Assembly (NCBI GenBank): GCA_051362555.1
Contig: CM120646.1
Span: forward strand, 16,740,001 to 16,804,000
Source of the DNA: Lingula anatina
Taxonomy: Eukaryota > Animalia > Brachiopoda
Reading direction: 5' to 3'
Length of the DNA stretch: 64,000 bases
Position 1 is the first letter of the stretch, and each line of letters opens with the position of its first letter. The notes beneath the pieces were generated by a model. It was not told the DNA's origin. It searched no databases and was given only the letters and a program-made list of their open reading frames with translations. This document shows positions 12,401 through 26,000 of this stretch, one piece after another. Made by a program: the position numbers and the translations under genes.

Positions 12401-14523
12401 ATCTTGTCATAACTTGGTTATCTCAGGTTCATTGAGTACCTTAGCCTATCAATTAAAGAGGTTCCCTCAGTACATTACTGGATGGTGAACTTTTATCTAC
12501 ATTTACCCAAAAAATACCTCAAACAGAACAAAAGAAATATTTCTTCTTTCAGTAAAATGTAAAATGTGACCAGGTGTCTCTTTTAACTCTTATATAATCA
12601 AGCTATGATTATGACACTTGATTTCAAGCAAGTAATTTAAATGTACAATAACTAAAGCAAAATGAGTACAAGCTTCATTTGATACCAATTTGAAAGCAAG
12701 TTTTCTCAGGACCTAATACATTTGCAAGTGATGCTCACTTTTGCCAAACAATCAATACATTCATACTGAAACTCTATAACTTTCATTTCCATAATGCACT
12801 ACAAATAATTTAAAGGGTTTCATTTTCATGAACTCCCAACACCAGCACACCTGCATAGTTTTATCACTAGCACGCCATATCATAATGCACAGACAGCAAG
12901 ACCTACCTGTGTCTACATCTTCTCCTTTCCGGCGAAAGGCAACACAGGTTGCATATGAGCACACATACAGAAAGATAAATAGTAATGCTGAGATCTGAAA
13001 TAAGAGCAAATGGATATTTCAATTGAAAAAAAAAAATTGAAACTGGATGGTGTTTCGATGGTGACATAACACATGAAACATTGTGATCCTTTACAGATTG
13101 TATTTCTATTAAGGCAAATTCTACCTGCCATATATTTTTTAACTACTTATCAAAATTTAAGTCTGAATCATTGCTTCAAATGGAAAAACCATTGCTCAGT
13201 TCTCACCAGCATTCACTGCATACTGACATCATCTAGGCACCAAAGCAGCTGTAACAGCCAGTCTGACATTTAACTCACACCAATATTTATGATATTCAGA
13301 CAATGAATTACAGGCCCCTGGTGTGAAAATCTTAACCTGACTTTTCAACCTTTTGTTAATTACCGGTGAAACCTTTTCTCCACTTTATGAGGACAAAAAA
13401 CTATTCACTGATATGTGCTAGACCCCCCCCCCCCCCCCTCATCCCATTTTCACCAGCAAGTGCAGCCCTTATTACACATTCATTGTTACTCATCATGCAT
13501 TATTTATCTTCATGATTTATAAGTTCCTTTTCACTTCTATACTCTTCATCAACCTTATCCAGATTATATGTACATTAACATATTCATGATTCTTTTGTAT
13601 TGAACCATTACATTGTTTCATTCCTGTGTTCAATATATCAATCCATTATTTGAAATCACAGCATGTCTTAAGTGTGAGCAGCTCATTAGCTGGTTTTATG
13701 TCATTTTTTCTCATCCCTTGCTTGCAATACAAGGATTTTATATCTGTCTAAAATACATGTATGTTAATTTAACTGGAAAAGACGATGATTTTTAAATAAT
13801 TTTGAATTTAAAACACCTTTGCAGTAATGTCACAACTCATTAAAAGCAAAAATTAACTTGTAAGTTAATTTCAGTTATGAACAAGTGTTATTTTCCACAG
13901 CTTTGCATTTCTTTTCCACCTATCAAATTTAGAAATCCATGGGAACCATGAGAAGTCATACGCCTTTGGTTTGAATTTGGTATTTCATAGGTGTATTTCA
14001 TAAGTAACTCTTTTTTTTTTTTTTTTTTGTCAAAGTTTCACATTCATTCATACATCAGTCAGCGTACAAATCATTGGTAAACTGGATGACGTTGCAGCCC
14101 ACCGGTAAGGAGCTCAATGGCGTTAATTAATGATTTTACTTATATTTGCCTTGCCATGGACGGTTCAATTATAAATCTTATATCTGCTGTAGTACAGTAT
14201 CAATCATCAAGTAAAAACACGTCAGCGTTACTAACGTCTACTGTGACAGTATACAAACAGAAAAAAAGTTAACATAACCCCGATAAAATTTGGTATGCAG
14301 AGTTAAATGCCAGGATGGGTAAATGTAAGCCTAAAACTTCCAAAAATGTGAAATGTCACACTTTCGAGTGATCGTCTGAACATTGACCCTTCGTCGAAGC
14401 ATTTCACGATTATCATATCAACAACAGCGTTCAAACGAAGTGGTCATAAAAGTAAACACTTACTATATACTCCCTCACGTTGTCATGAAAGATCTGTTCC
14501 CTCACATTGACATCTTGCTCCAT
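219..14523 (-). CDS. LMBR1: Limb region 1 protein homolog (LMBR1/LMBR1L family multi-pass membrane protein), 3'-partial
   Basis: Frame-consistent exons (minus): 14523-14464, 12994-12907, 6373-6343, 6122-5983, 5618-5515, 5222-5096, 3477-3409, 2655-2591, 2223-2148, 1657-1541, 1307-1231, 1021-944, 660-587, 376-219. Peptides MEQDVNVREQIFHDNVREYI, DEDATVNRIS, VLLLPISIISNEILL, LWDYYLPFLYSCIS, CTPVGFARLFTVMGQLVVKP and IIGNCVVILVLSSALPVLSRILG match LMBR1 as I recall it. The last exons lie left of the window. Confidence 0.95.
377..586 (-). other. U12-type (minor spliceosome) GT-AG intron in LMBR1
   Basis: Donor GTATCCTTG matches the U12 consensus RTATCCTT. A TCCTCAAC branch-point-like motif lies about 10 nt before the CAG acceptor. 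Splicing restores LEIALIL-YFMLASVVGFYS. Confidence 0.85.
2823..3015. mobile_element. MITE, PIF/Harbinger (Tourist)-like, copy 1
   Basis: Flanked by TTA on both sides (2820-2822, 3016-3018). Imperfect TIRs contain TAGATCGATCTA-like palindromes. The core (GGGGAGTCTCAC...GAACCCCCAGGGAGTTAGGTCGATC) recurs at 25116-25340. Confidence 0.7.
4612..4670. repeat. (GCGT)n microsatellite
   Basis: Directly visible. Confidence 0.95.
6733..6784. repeat. (CT)n microsatellite
   Basis: Directly visible. Confidence 0.95.
9416..9470. repeat. (ATT)n microsatellite
   Basis: Directly visible; it is the source of the poly-Ile ORFs. Confidence 0.95.
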
Positions 14524-14901
14524 TGTTCTGTTTTAACAAATCCTCAAAATGATCATGTTCAGAGGCTTTAAACGTCTTTGTTTACCATCTTCAAGGAGCG
14601 CAGCAGACTACCCTCCGTCCGCCATAAAATTTTCCCATAACTCCTGAACTAGCCGCATGCGCAGATCTCATTTCCGATGATCACTGTTGAAGAACAGCTG
14701 ATTTTTGATCGATGATTTATTGATTTTTTGTGATGCATGTCTCTTATTGATGCAGAAGGGGTTTTCTACACGTGATTATGCACGCGTGCGTGTAATCAGG
14801 ATTATATTTTAGGGCCAGTAAGACGAAAACCGGCAATTTAACATCGTGTACGCATGTTTTGTTTTGTTGCTTTGCGTAAGTACATTTGCAAAGAAAACAA
14901 A
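14524..14901. promoter_or_regulatory. Bidirectional promoter region LMBR1/TMEM169 with NRF1-like site and putative non-coding first exon of TMEM169
   Basis: Locally CpG-rich. CCGCATGCGCA at 14653-14663 resembles an NRF1 site. A plus-strand donor AAA|GTAAGT at 14902 could splice to the acceptor TTTCAG ending at 15696, upstream of the TMEM169 ATG. Confidence 0.55.
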
Positions 14902-15781
14902 GTAAGTAGACATATGTAAATCTGGTTATTTCATATCAGAAATTGTTTTGCGGTTTCTGTATCTGTCACTGTTGTTTTCTTTCATAGTGGCGTCCATAAT
15001 CTATGATTTAAAGGTATGAACATGAAGAACATCAAGAGGCCATGGGTAGAGATAATGTAAACAAATGCTAAAAACGGGTGTGCCTGTAGAGTATGCATCA
15101 CTCTTTCATTTGCGTTAGTGCGAGTTCTCACGCTGCTCTTACCGCATAACAAGGCCTCATCCTGAGGCAACATCACTATCGGTGGTATCCTATTAATTCT
15201 CAACCACATAAAGACTTAATTGTGCTTCATTTTTTTTACTCGGAGTGCCATGAATCAAAAAGAAATCTTACTTCTATTAAGAGACAATATATACAACTGT
15301 ATTCCCCCCTAGCTGCTATCCCCCTATCCCCCCCCTTTTCCCTTCACCTCTGAACAAGCACCTTATCTGTGCATATTTACACTTACCCATTAAGTCCAGG
15401 ATTTTGAGCACAAGAAAGGCAAGTTTTGAAAGCATTTTTCTCTTGTTCATTAGAGATGAGCTTTTTCTGCAGAAACATGGAATTCTGCATTTTTTAAATT
15501 CAATTCTAATGGTTCCTGAGATTCACCAAGATCTGCAATAAAATCTGGGGAAGGGGGGATAAATGTTCAGAGTTTTTTTTTTTAAACCTAGGCTCGTGTC
15601 TGGTTAATAAAATATTGCTTAGATTATATTGGTAGATTATAAAAGATATATTTATTACTATTATACACATTTCAAAATTATTTTTATGTGTTTCAGATAT
15701 TTAGGGCCAAGATCCTCACAGGTATTAAACAGATTTGATGGTTTCATAGTACATCCTTAGACTGCTGTGTAATCTCATACC

Positions 15782-16531
15782 ATGCCACAACTAGATCATG
15801 CCCATAATGGAATTGAACAGTCTTCCAGTCAAGAGACTTCCACCAGTCTGCATCAAGCAGCTATAGAGACACTCGATCAAGACCACCACCATGATCACTC
15901 CGGAACGGAGCCTCAGTCTGACATAGATGAATCTGTTTCTGTACGAGAAAAATTAACGCCACCTAGTGAGCAAAAAGTGACAGTGACGGGGACCATAAAG
16001 AGAGGTCCTAAAGCTGGTCAGTCAGTGGAGGTGGAGCTGCGACTCTCCAAAGACGAGTTACAGAAACTGGGTCACGAGGACGAGGAGTCTGTCTACGGCC
16101 CAGGGGAGTGTACCCTTTGTGGGTTAAAAAAAGGAATCCATGTTTTCCTATTCACTGTGATAGTTACTCCATTTGCTTTCTTTGGCTCACTAGGTTTGTC
16201 CTTCTACCTCGGGGCGCAGACATGGTACAACATCTTTATTTATTTCAGTGAAGAGAGGACAATCTGGCACAAAGTCTTCCTCTGTCCACTCTTAATACTG
16301 ACCTTCCCACTGACCGTGGGGCTAAGTGCACTGGGGATAGCCCTCTATGCTGCACTAATCCAGATATCGTGGTGGTTCAAGAGCTGGTTGAAGGAGATGC
16401 GAGACCTGGAGAAGGGGTTCTTTGGCTGGTTCTGTGCCAAGGTTGGCCTGATGGAGTGCTCACCTTATGAGGTTGTCGTCCTGGATGACATCCCTGCCAT
16501 CACCAGCGAGCTTCCAGGGACATCAGTTTGA
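15782..16531 (+). CDS. TMEM169: Transmembrane protein 169 (single coding exon, 249 aa)
   Basis: Intact ORF with VTVTGTIKRGPKAGQSVEVELRLSKDEL, SFYLGAQTWYNIFIYFSEERTIWHK and DLEKGFFGWFCAKVGLMECSPYEVV, which I recognise as TMEM169. It has two hydrophobic regions. Confidence 0.92.
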   Translation: MPQLDHAHNGIEQSSSQETSTSLHQAAIETLDQDHHHDHSGTEPQSDIDESVSVREKLTPPSEQKVTVTGTIKRGPKAGQSVEVELRLSKDELQKLGHEDEESVYGPGECTLCGLKKGIHVFLFTVIVTPFAFFGSLGLSFYLGAQTWYNIFIYFSEERTIWHKVFLCPLLILTFPLTVGLSALGIALYAALIQISWWFKSWLKEMRDLEKGFFGWFCAKVGLMECSPYEVVVLDDIPAITSELPGTSV

Positions 16532-16974
16532 TTTAAACTAAAATATGATTGGTTGCATGAATGTCTTTCAAGGATTGGCTTATTGTTGTTATTGATACAT
16601 GTATGAAAAACTTTTTTGGATTTACCTTTGGTCATTTTGATGTCTTTCATATAGTGCCTAGAAGATGTAGAATATACTTAGATATGCTTTTTTATAAACC
16701 TATTTTAACATAAATTGCTGCTTATTACTTTATTTGTACATATTAAGTGTCTTTTAAAACATCTTATCTGCATGTTGGTAGTGCAGATCATTTCAAGGTC
16801 ACATGAACATTTTCTACAAAGTTTTTAAATGGTAGCTAAGATATATCAAGATGTTCTTTAAACATCCTTTTAATGTTGATTATATCCCTGATTCCTTATT
16901 TAGATTATTTAATTAACAGCAGCTGTGTTTTTTTTCTGTCAGCTGCTCTATCAGTTTTTTTGCTAAACTCTAGA

Positions 16975-17192
16975 ACCACCCCTTTCTTTAGAGGGTGAGA
17001 CAGCATTTTGCACCACTCCTCTTCCTCGGAGTATAAGGCAGTATTTTGTACCATCCCCCTTCCTCAGAGGATCAGGCAGTATTTTGGACCTTACCTCAGA
17101 AGGTCAGACAGCATTTTGAACCACTCCCCTTCCTCAGAGGATATGGCAGTATTTTGTACTACCCCCTTTTGTCAAAGAGTGGAGAAGTATTT
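16975..17192. repeat. Degenerate ~38-bp minisatellite downstream of the TMEM169 stop
   Basis: Repeated CAGYATTTTGNACC...CCCCTTCCTCAGAGG units, about 5 copies. Confidence 0.75.
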
Positions 17193-20051
17193 TGTTAAAA
17201 TATGTACAAGAGTTTTACATTGAAAAATTCTCCAAATATCATACCAGGTACAATCTGTGTGGAAGGGACCAGGTCTATTTTTTGGTATTTTTCTGTTATA
17301 AATATTTACTGATAATACTTATTGAGAAAGAAACTTAATATTGATAATTTAGGATGAGAATAATAGATTGCTGTCAAAATATCTGTTAACTCTATTTTAA
17401 ATTGACACAAAATTTATATACATAAGGTGATGGTGTGTCTTATTATTAGTATTATGTGCCATTTCTATACTACTGCAAGTACTTTAAAAGATGTATATGT
17501 ATATAAATCTGCACTGTCTACAATAAGAAATCCATCTTGTATGCCAATTATTTCAGTCAAAATCCATATGTGCATTTATAAGGGCCTAAGATCAGTTCAA
17601 AGTTTTACAGAGTTTTTATTATCAAATAGTTTTCCCTTTCTCTACTAGGGTAAAAGTTTCAAATAGACTTCTCAATGATAAAAAGTTTATCTCTTCAGAA
17701 TGGTAAATTTATTCATTTACCATGGAAAGATCTGAATTTGTCGTTTCAACTATAGCTTAAACACTATACACACTCTTCTGGTGTGTGCCATCAGTTGTGG
17801 AATAGGCCATTTCAGATATTCCAGACCGCTGAATGTTTTCTCATTGCCTGCCACAGCAGAAATGCACAGAAATGTGATACCTTATTTTTTCTCTTCTCTC
17901 ATTGAATTCATCGGTAAGGACCATGTCAGTATTATGAAAGATGTTTGGCATATTTGAAGTGGTCTATAACGTGTTAAGTTCAAGGCATATTTTCAGTATT
18001 TATTGAAAATCACATTATTATAAAATTTTATTTACACTCACAAAGAGAGTTTACACATTCTCAGTCAGTGGATTTTTTAATTAAGGAAGACCCATGATAA
18101 AGATTTTTCTTATCAACTACTGCTTTATATATAATGTATTTATACCACTTGTCTTTCATAAAACGAAAATGATACAGAATCTGGTGTTTGTTTTGAATGT
18201 CTCATCGTAAAGATGAATAATTACTGTAGAAAAGGATTTTAAAAATTGCTTTTGAAATGCCATGTGAAGATCATGGAAACGTTCAGCAAAGTTTGCAGTT
18301 TGTTCTAAATTTTGTTTACCGCGGGAGGGGATTGGGTGAAATATATATGTAACGTATTAGCAACGCTTAACTGAAGTCGGTTACTTCTCCTTGGCTACAG
18401 TACTGTCCGACCTCGCGAGCTGTTCCCTGCGATTGCGGTAGGTGTCCTCTACGCATTCTAGTTCCTCGTATCGTGATCAAAACCACTCGTTCTAGTAGGG
18501 CGTAAATATGACCAAGCATGTACATCCAGACACGAATTTGCAATCCATTCATATTTATATAAGTTGCTGCAAGTTTTACATTAAAAGCAATTTTTAGTTA
18601 AGATAACACATGTGGAATGACAATACCAAAATACCAAGCGAATCTTTCTGTAAATCAAAACATTGTCCAAGTTTCCAAGCATTAGGAAAATAAGAAAGTA
18701 TTTTAACATTAATTGAACATTAAAAAATGTAATCAAAACAAGAAGAGTCAAGTCTTTGACCTATTCTGAAAGTGAGTCTAACTAAGGAAAATGTTGGAAA
18801 TAAAATTGATTTTATTGAAATTTTAAACAGCAAGTTTCAATATATGTAAGTCTGTCCTAGAAATTAAAGGCATAGAACAATGGCCAAACCATTTTCCGCA
18901 TCTTTCCGCCGTTTATATCAGTCTTAATTTTCTTAAATATCTTTATATTACAGCCTTTTCTAAATTTATTTTTTAAAACTAGACAACAATGCTTGCACAT
19001 ATACAGACGGATTTATAAAATGTTTTTATCCTTATTCTTCTGTTTGCATCCTGGTGTAAAGGCAGCTGGAATGGTTCTCTGTAGGCCTATATCTGGTAGT
19101 GGTACAACTAGGTATACTTTACACTCTTGAACAAAGGGTGTCGGTCTTCGACCGCAAGTGGCAATGGACATTTGGAACCAGGTGTGACAGGAATGGTAGT
19201 CCGCTAGGAACCATAGCCCGTTCCCCATTATTGTACTTTGCACAAGTGACGTTCGTCCCATATACACTGTACTAACCCTAATGCTCCAACTAACCCTCAC
19301 CTGACAGCTGTGCTTGTCACATGGGACCCAGGACTTCCATTCCTAGGACGTACCACCAATCCTGTCACAACTGGACAACATCTCTCAACGTTTTTCACGT
19401 GTGCTGTCAAGGTTTATTGCTCATGGATGACGGACAAACAATTCAGTCGTTCTCGTAGATTACTGACGATTAGAGTGACCATGTTGGTATTGAGTAGACC
19501 CTCTGCACGTGTCAAAGCGTGGTGCTGGTTGTTTTCAAGCATTTTTCAATGGCACCAACCTGCTGATTCAAATTTTAGATTTTTATGAAAGGTAGGGTTT
19601 ATATATTTTTACATATTTCTTCATATTAGCTAGAGAGAATCAAAGTTGTACAGGAATATTGGTATCGTTCTATGACCTGATAGATGTCATCTGTAATCTG
19701 TCTGTATGTGTACTGTGCACTTGCTAGTGTTTTTATCTGGTATTATTACTATTACAAGCAGTAGTAGTAGCAGTAGTAGTAGAGGTAGTAGTGAACGAAA
19801 TATTCGTACTCCTTCCAAATAAACATTGCAACGCGCAGCAAAATGGTTTGCTCCAAAGCGTTCCGGTAGTCGTTTTAAATACCTATCATTAACATATCTA
19901 GCCATACGTCTTTGCTTTCTTGATATTATGTAACTGACCAATCTATTTTTGATTAATTTCGAAGTGTACCATTTTTTCACAGTTTTTCATCATTAAATCT
20001 AAACGAACAAAAACATACCTGTATTACGCCTATTTCGCATTTCTATTCCAG

Positions 20052-23000
20052 ATGGGTTTCCAAAAGCGACAACATGGCGTTACAAACTTCCCGGCGATCA
20101 CACTAGTGTTACTGGCTGTAATAATGTATCGGTATGAATGCTCAGCCGGGCTAATTGACGGCCACTCCATGGGGCAAATATTGGATCACGTAGTGCACAA
20201 CGCATTAGGGGTGTCGGAAATGCAAGTAAGAGTTTTTCCTTTAAAAATTCATTTTATTTGTTTATCTAAATATTAACCACTTTTTTCTTTCTTTTATTTT
20301 TATTTATTTATTTCATTTTTCTTTTTTTAGGGGGGGGGGGGCAGAAAAACGCGACTGGTTTAGGTTCAGATGACATAAAAAGAAAAAAAGAATAAAAACC
20401 CTAAAAGTGTGTTGAGATACCCACACCCCATGACACCCCAATTTTCAGATCTAGAGAGAGTAGAATCTCACTCCTGTTTGAATCGAAGGGTTGCCTCTCA
20501 GCTATATTCTGCTGGATTGAATTATTAATCAGTTTGATAAGCAAGGGTGGGGTTCACAGCAATTCAACAGATCTTCAAACTGTTTAAATGCAGGTTAATA
20601 GGACTACTCGGTTAGTGACACCAGCTAATTTTATACCCTTTGATGGCTTGATCGAAGTCTAATGAAGTGTCCCTTCATATATAAAAATGGAAAAGCATAC
20701 ATCAACTTACCAGAGATGAAAGTAAAAAGTTATCAAAATGGCATTAAAAAAGATGGACATAAAACGTGAAATAAAACCAAAAGATTAATCAGATACTAAT
20801 TTTTTTCCGTTTTCATTTTTAAATCCCCGTTTATCATAATGGGCTATAAGGAAAGAAGAATTCGATAAATTGAAGATACCTTTTTCTTGACAGGCAGCAT
20901 TTGACCAAGTGGGTTACAACGAACGGGTTATAGATGGCCCACGAACTATTCAGGAGGTAAGGCATAATAAGTGAGTCACTCACTCACTGTTTATTCATGT
21001 GACTTTGCATATTCGAATTAAAAAGTGGTTTAAAACATTAATGAAAGATTGATTGAGTACCGCATTTCATATTTATCATAATATATATCTGTAAACAGTT
21101 CATTTTGTTCCTTAGCATTCAAAGATGACAGTGCTAGAACTTATTCTTTCAGCTTGCTGCTGCTCTGCAGAAGAAGTTTGCCGAACCTGTGAACGCCCTA
21201 TTGAGAGTGAAGAACGCCATTGAGAGAGAATACGTACATTTTACTGACACTAACACGATGGACAAATGTTGCAATGTTACTGGCAACTTAGTCTATGACT
21301 TTCGATTTCGGACTAAGGTGAACAACTTCTTTTAGAGAATCGTTCTCAAAATTTTGAAAAAAAATGCTTTGGCACAGTATTTTGAATGAGGGAATAAGAC
21401 GAAAATGGCATGAGGCATTAAGAAAAAATTCTAAATGCAATCGAAATAAATCCGTTTACAAGGAGTTTTTTTAATTGATCCTTCTATCTTTTTAAAGAAG
21501 ACTGACCTTTTTTTATTCCGAATTCTTCTTCACAAAACTAAAAATATATTTCAGATAAATACCGACGAAAGCTGCGTGTCTACAGCAGCCCTCTCGCCTC
21601 CAAATCTAAAGTTTCCAACGGCGCTGGTCCACCAGACAATGAAGGAGAACTTGGCGGCCGACCCGACGCTGAAGTGGCAGTACTTCGGCATGGAGACTGG
21701 AGTGTTTATGTCCTATCCCTCTCAGATGATGGACGACTGCGAGTCCTACGACCCAAGATACAGGTCAGTGATGTTTAAAAATGATTTGTTAAAAAACTTA
21801 CTATTACCTCTAAGGTTTGGTTTGGCCTTGATTCGTTTAACCTTCTTTAGGATAGGTTTGCTGTGCACAGACTGGTACTTTATTTCAACTTTATGGAGAA
21901 ATAACGAAAATCGTAGTAGTTCCACTCTGTGCGGCCACGGGTCCAGTCCCGATGTGGCGACCGAATTTCGCCTGTGTAGATATATTTCTAACCATAAAAA
22001 ATGTAAATGCGCGCGACTTACTAAAATCCAAATTGCGTTGGACAAGACAACGAAGGGGTTGTTTTGGTTTAAAAACCATAACCACACTGTTGGCTGAGAT
22101 ACATGTGGTGTTTGCCAAGGTGAGCCGATGCAATTAGTTTGAAATGCGGCTGAAACGGAAGCCTGAATTTTTTTCAAGTTCTGTCTTACTTATATTGTTG
22201 AAATAGCTCAATAATTGTCATTGACTACTGTAATATACTTCATTGACCCCCAGACCCTGGTATGCGGAGGCAGCCACACAGAAGACCAAAGCCGTGGTCA
22301 TTGTTATAGACACATCTCGCTCCATGGGGGATACTCACAACGGGAGGACGTTGTTAGAGATAGCTAAAGAAGCCGCCAAATCTGCAGTGGACACCATGAA
22401 CCCAAATGACAGTGTGGGTAAAATATTCAGCGGCTGGTGTGTGCATGAGTGTGTGTTGGGGGGGGAGGGGGGTGGTCTCACCTTCGGAAGCCCCCCTACC
22501 CCGAAACAAATGAATGAAAGAATAAAATTTGATAAATTTTATACGAACATGTATTATAGTTTTTGTCTTGTACTTTTTCCATCTGCCCATTTCCATTAAA
22601 ATGCCCAAATATTATATTTTATTCAAAAAATCCTTTTAAATGGCTTGTACAGTTACATAATGCTCAACCATTGTGTGCCACCTTACGTGAATAACCTTTT
22701 ACAGTTTGCCATCGTTGCCTTCTCTGATTCTGCCACCACGCCACGTTTTACTGAGCACCAGATAGTGACAGAGAACGTGGACACGTGCTACGAAACCAAA
22801 ATGTCAAGGGCCACGCCCATGAACGCGAAGAACCTGAAAAAGTTCATAGATGGCCTGAGTGCAGGAGGCGCTACCAACTACGCAGCTGCATTAACCAAAG
22901 CCTTCGAGTTCTTGAGACATTCCAATACCACAGCAGAGGGTTGGTGTGTCATTTGTCAATTTATGTTCTTTTTCAACAAAGTTTAAGTCATCTTTTTCGA

Positions 23001-26000
23001 ATAACTGGGTCCAAATTAATACCGCCCTGCTTGCCTTTGATGCCTTATTTCGAAGATATGCAAAACGTCTGCATTATGAAAAATTATTTTAGTATACCAG
23101 GTCAGTATGAGACAGTGTATTCCAATATGAAGTATCATATGTGGAAAATTTCAAGTCGTACTCAAAGACTTAATGACTTGCATTGTACCACTCAGACAGT
23201 AACACTGTCATTGAGAAAATTAAGGGTTCGAAATTAATGTTTATTTTCACTCCAGAACCAAGCATATTGTTCTTAACGGACGGTATATTAACAGCCGGTG
23301 GAGACCCGTTGCAAACAATACGAGACCAGAACGCCTTACTGGGGAACAAAGTGGTCATTTTGACGTTTGGTATAGGACGCTGTAAGATCTTAACTAATTA
23401 TTACCAAAACCAATAGTTTATAAATTAAAACTTATTAGTAGCAAATTATTCCCTTTAGGTTAATTTTTTTTCACATGAATATGATTATCACATGAATAAA
23501 TAATGCCTGTATAATCCACACGAATGAACGTGATTTTACAAACCAAGAATATTCTGTAAATTACCATAGAACTACTTTTACATTTATTACTAGGAGTGAT
23601 GTCAAATGGATTTATTTAGATGAGTGGGATGTAAATTTAATTCCAAACATCCAATTCCAGTCGTTTAATGCTGTTGACATAGTTTGTAGACCCTTCATTT
23701 TGAGATTCTTGACGGCTTAAGTTTTAATGCAAACGAGTAACAAAAATGTCATTTATTGAAATGAATAAAAAAAACAATGTATATTATTGATATTCATATT
23801 TTACAGCCCTTGGTTACGAGGGAAGAACCGTCCTATATAACATGGCTATTCAATCAGCAAGTAATCCAGCATATGGTCCAATAAAGGTAGGCCTCCTTTG
23901 TCGCGCGAGAGAGAAAGGCCGAGAGAAAGAAGAGAGTTTGTTAAAGTAACGAACCACAAGTTTCATACTATGTTAATTAAAAGACAGACCTCACTGGGTT
24001 TTGGTGCATTTTGGAGATAATTATAATTTTGTGGTAAAATGGGTGCCAGATATTTAGACAGGGGCAATATGCCATAGGCCTAACGTTTCAAAAGGATCTA
24101 TTTTCACTAACTACGCCCCTAGTAATATATTGTAGAAACCTTGCAGTGTTAATCAGCTAGCCAACATCATACTTTAACATCCTTTACAGCGTGGGAGGTT
24201 TGCGTATGTCGCTGACCCTGATCACCTCCGGTCAGCCATGTCCTCTTATTACGATTACTTCTGCACAATACACCAAAACCCTCGGCCAATTTTCTCTGTG
24301 CCGTATCTGGACAGCATGGGCCTTGGTGAGTCGGTATTTTCTGAGTATATGAAAGACGTTTTTGTCTAAATGACAGACAATTTAACAATATGACAGACAA
24401 TTTAACTTCCAATTTATACATAAAAGGTATATTTTTGTTTAAGGCTCAGTGTTACTCGCATATGCATTTGTGTACCTGAAAACCCCACGTTTTATCAGAA
24501 GCTTGTTGGAAAATTATTCGAAATTCAAATTTTGAATATTTTTAAAGAAGAAAAAGTCACAAAAAAGATAAAACAAGTCAATTAACTGTTTAGAGGTTCT
24601 GGATGCTACAACTTTCAGATTTTTATAATCAAATTTCAGGTTTGGTGACGTCACTTTGTTTACCGGTGTTCTATGCCGACACGCTGGTAGGTGTGACGTG
24701 CTCTGACGTCACACTCTCTGATCTTCTGACAGACATCAGCACTCTTCGTGAAGGGGAAGTCAGCTATGCCTTTGTAATAGACGGTGCTGAAAGAACTATC
24801 TTTCACCCTCTTCTTCCCAAACCCTATAATGTTGAATCCGACCAAATCTTCATCAACATCAACCAACTCGAAAAGTCAACAGAATTTAAGGAAGTCGTGC
24901 AATCTATGGCTAGGTTACTGTTCATGCATCTTGATTTTATATGAGATAAATGAAAATATATAAACCAAGCGTGGTTATTGTTTCTCGTCTGACAGGTAAA
25001 ATATATCACTGTATGACGTAGGCCTACCCCTTGTATAGCATCACCGAAAGAAAATACGTGTTGGAACAATGCAAAATTGCGTTCACACTACTTAGACATT
25101 GGCCCACTGGACTTAGACCCATTTCCATAGATTTTTAGATCGATCTATCCCTGTGGGGAGTCTCACTAGATTACTGTCAGCTTGGGCGGCTTAAGCGTCT
25201 GTCCCGCCTACTAAAAGCTGTAAGGGGGTAATTAACTATGGTGCCCGCTCGGCTGACTGCAATTTAGCGTGAACCCCCAGGGAGTTAGGTCGATCTAAAT
25301 CTTAATCTCTAGATCGATCTAAATCTCTGGGAAATCACCCTTAGTGGTACTTGAAAAAGAGTGCCGAATGAATTAATGTTATTGAGTAAGATTCTTAAGT
25401 CGACATGACCTAAAACTAATGAACTTTCCAGAGGTAACCATGGCAGCAAGTCATTTGTGTCGACAAGGGTCAATTCACGAGGGGACGACTTCCGCGAGGG
25501 TGTCCATGCAGTGCCCGTGTATTCCCATTACTTTTGGCATCCAGTGAGTAGGCTATTTTATATCATGACTCTCACCAATTATTTTTAATGCGACATGGAG
25601 AATATCATCGCTTTTAATCGTATGTAATGATGAAGGAGGGAGAAAATGACAATGGTACTTATTAAAATGCAGCAACCTGTCTTATTCCAATTTGCCAAAG
25701 CTCTTATGTGATTTCTGTAAAATTGGACTTGAGTGATATCTTGGATACAACATACGCGAGTAAGTAAAAGGGAAAAGAACCCCCTATGTAACACTATATT
25801 CTACTAGAACACCTGAACATTGGACATTTTTCAGATCATTGGTACTAACTTCTCGGTGTGCCTAGTTCTTGGAGACGGTGACAGAGTGGTGACCCTGAAA
25901 ATGCCGGACACTATTACACCTGAAATGTTTAAGTACCACAGACTTGACCTCAAGCCAGGAGAGAGCCAGTGCAGGCACTTTGCGAGAGTGGCAACCACGA

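Noticed and set aside
18550-18570. TATA-like TATATAAG as the CACHD1-like promoter
   Set aside because: It is plausible but cannot be distinguished from AT-rich background without TSS data.
18990-19310. Possible SINE or small gene upstream of the CACHD1-like gene
   Set aside because: There is no convincing A/B box pair, tail, TSD or recognisable protein motif.
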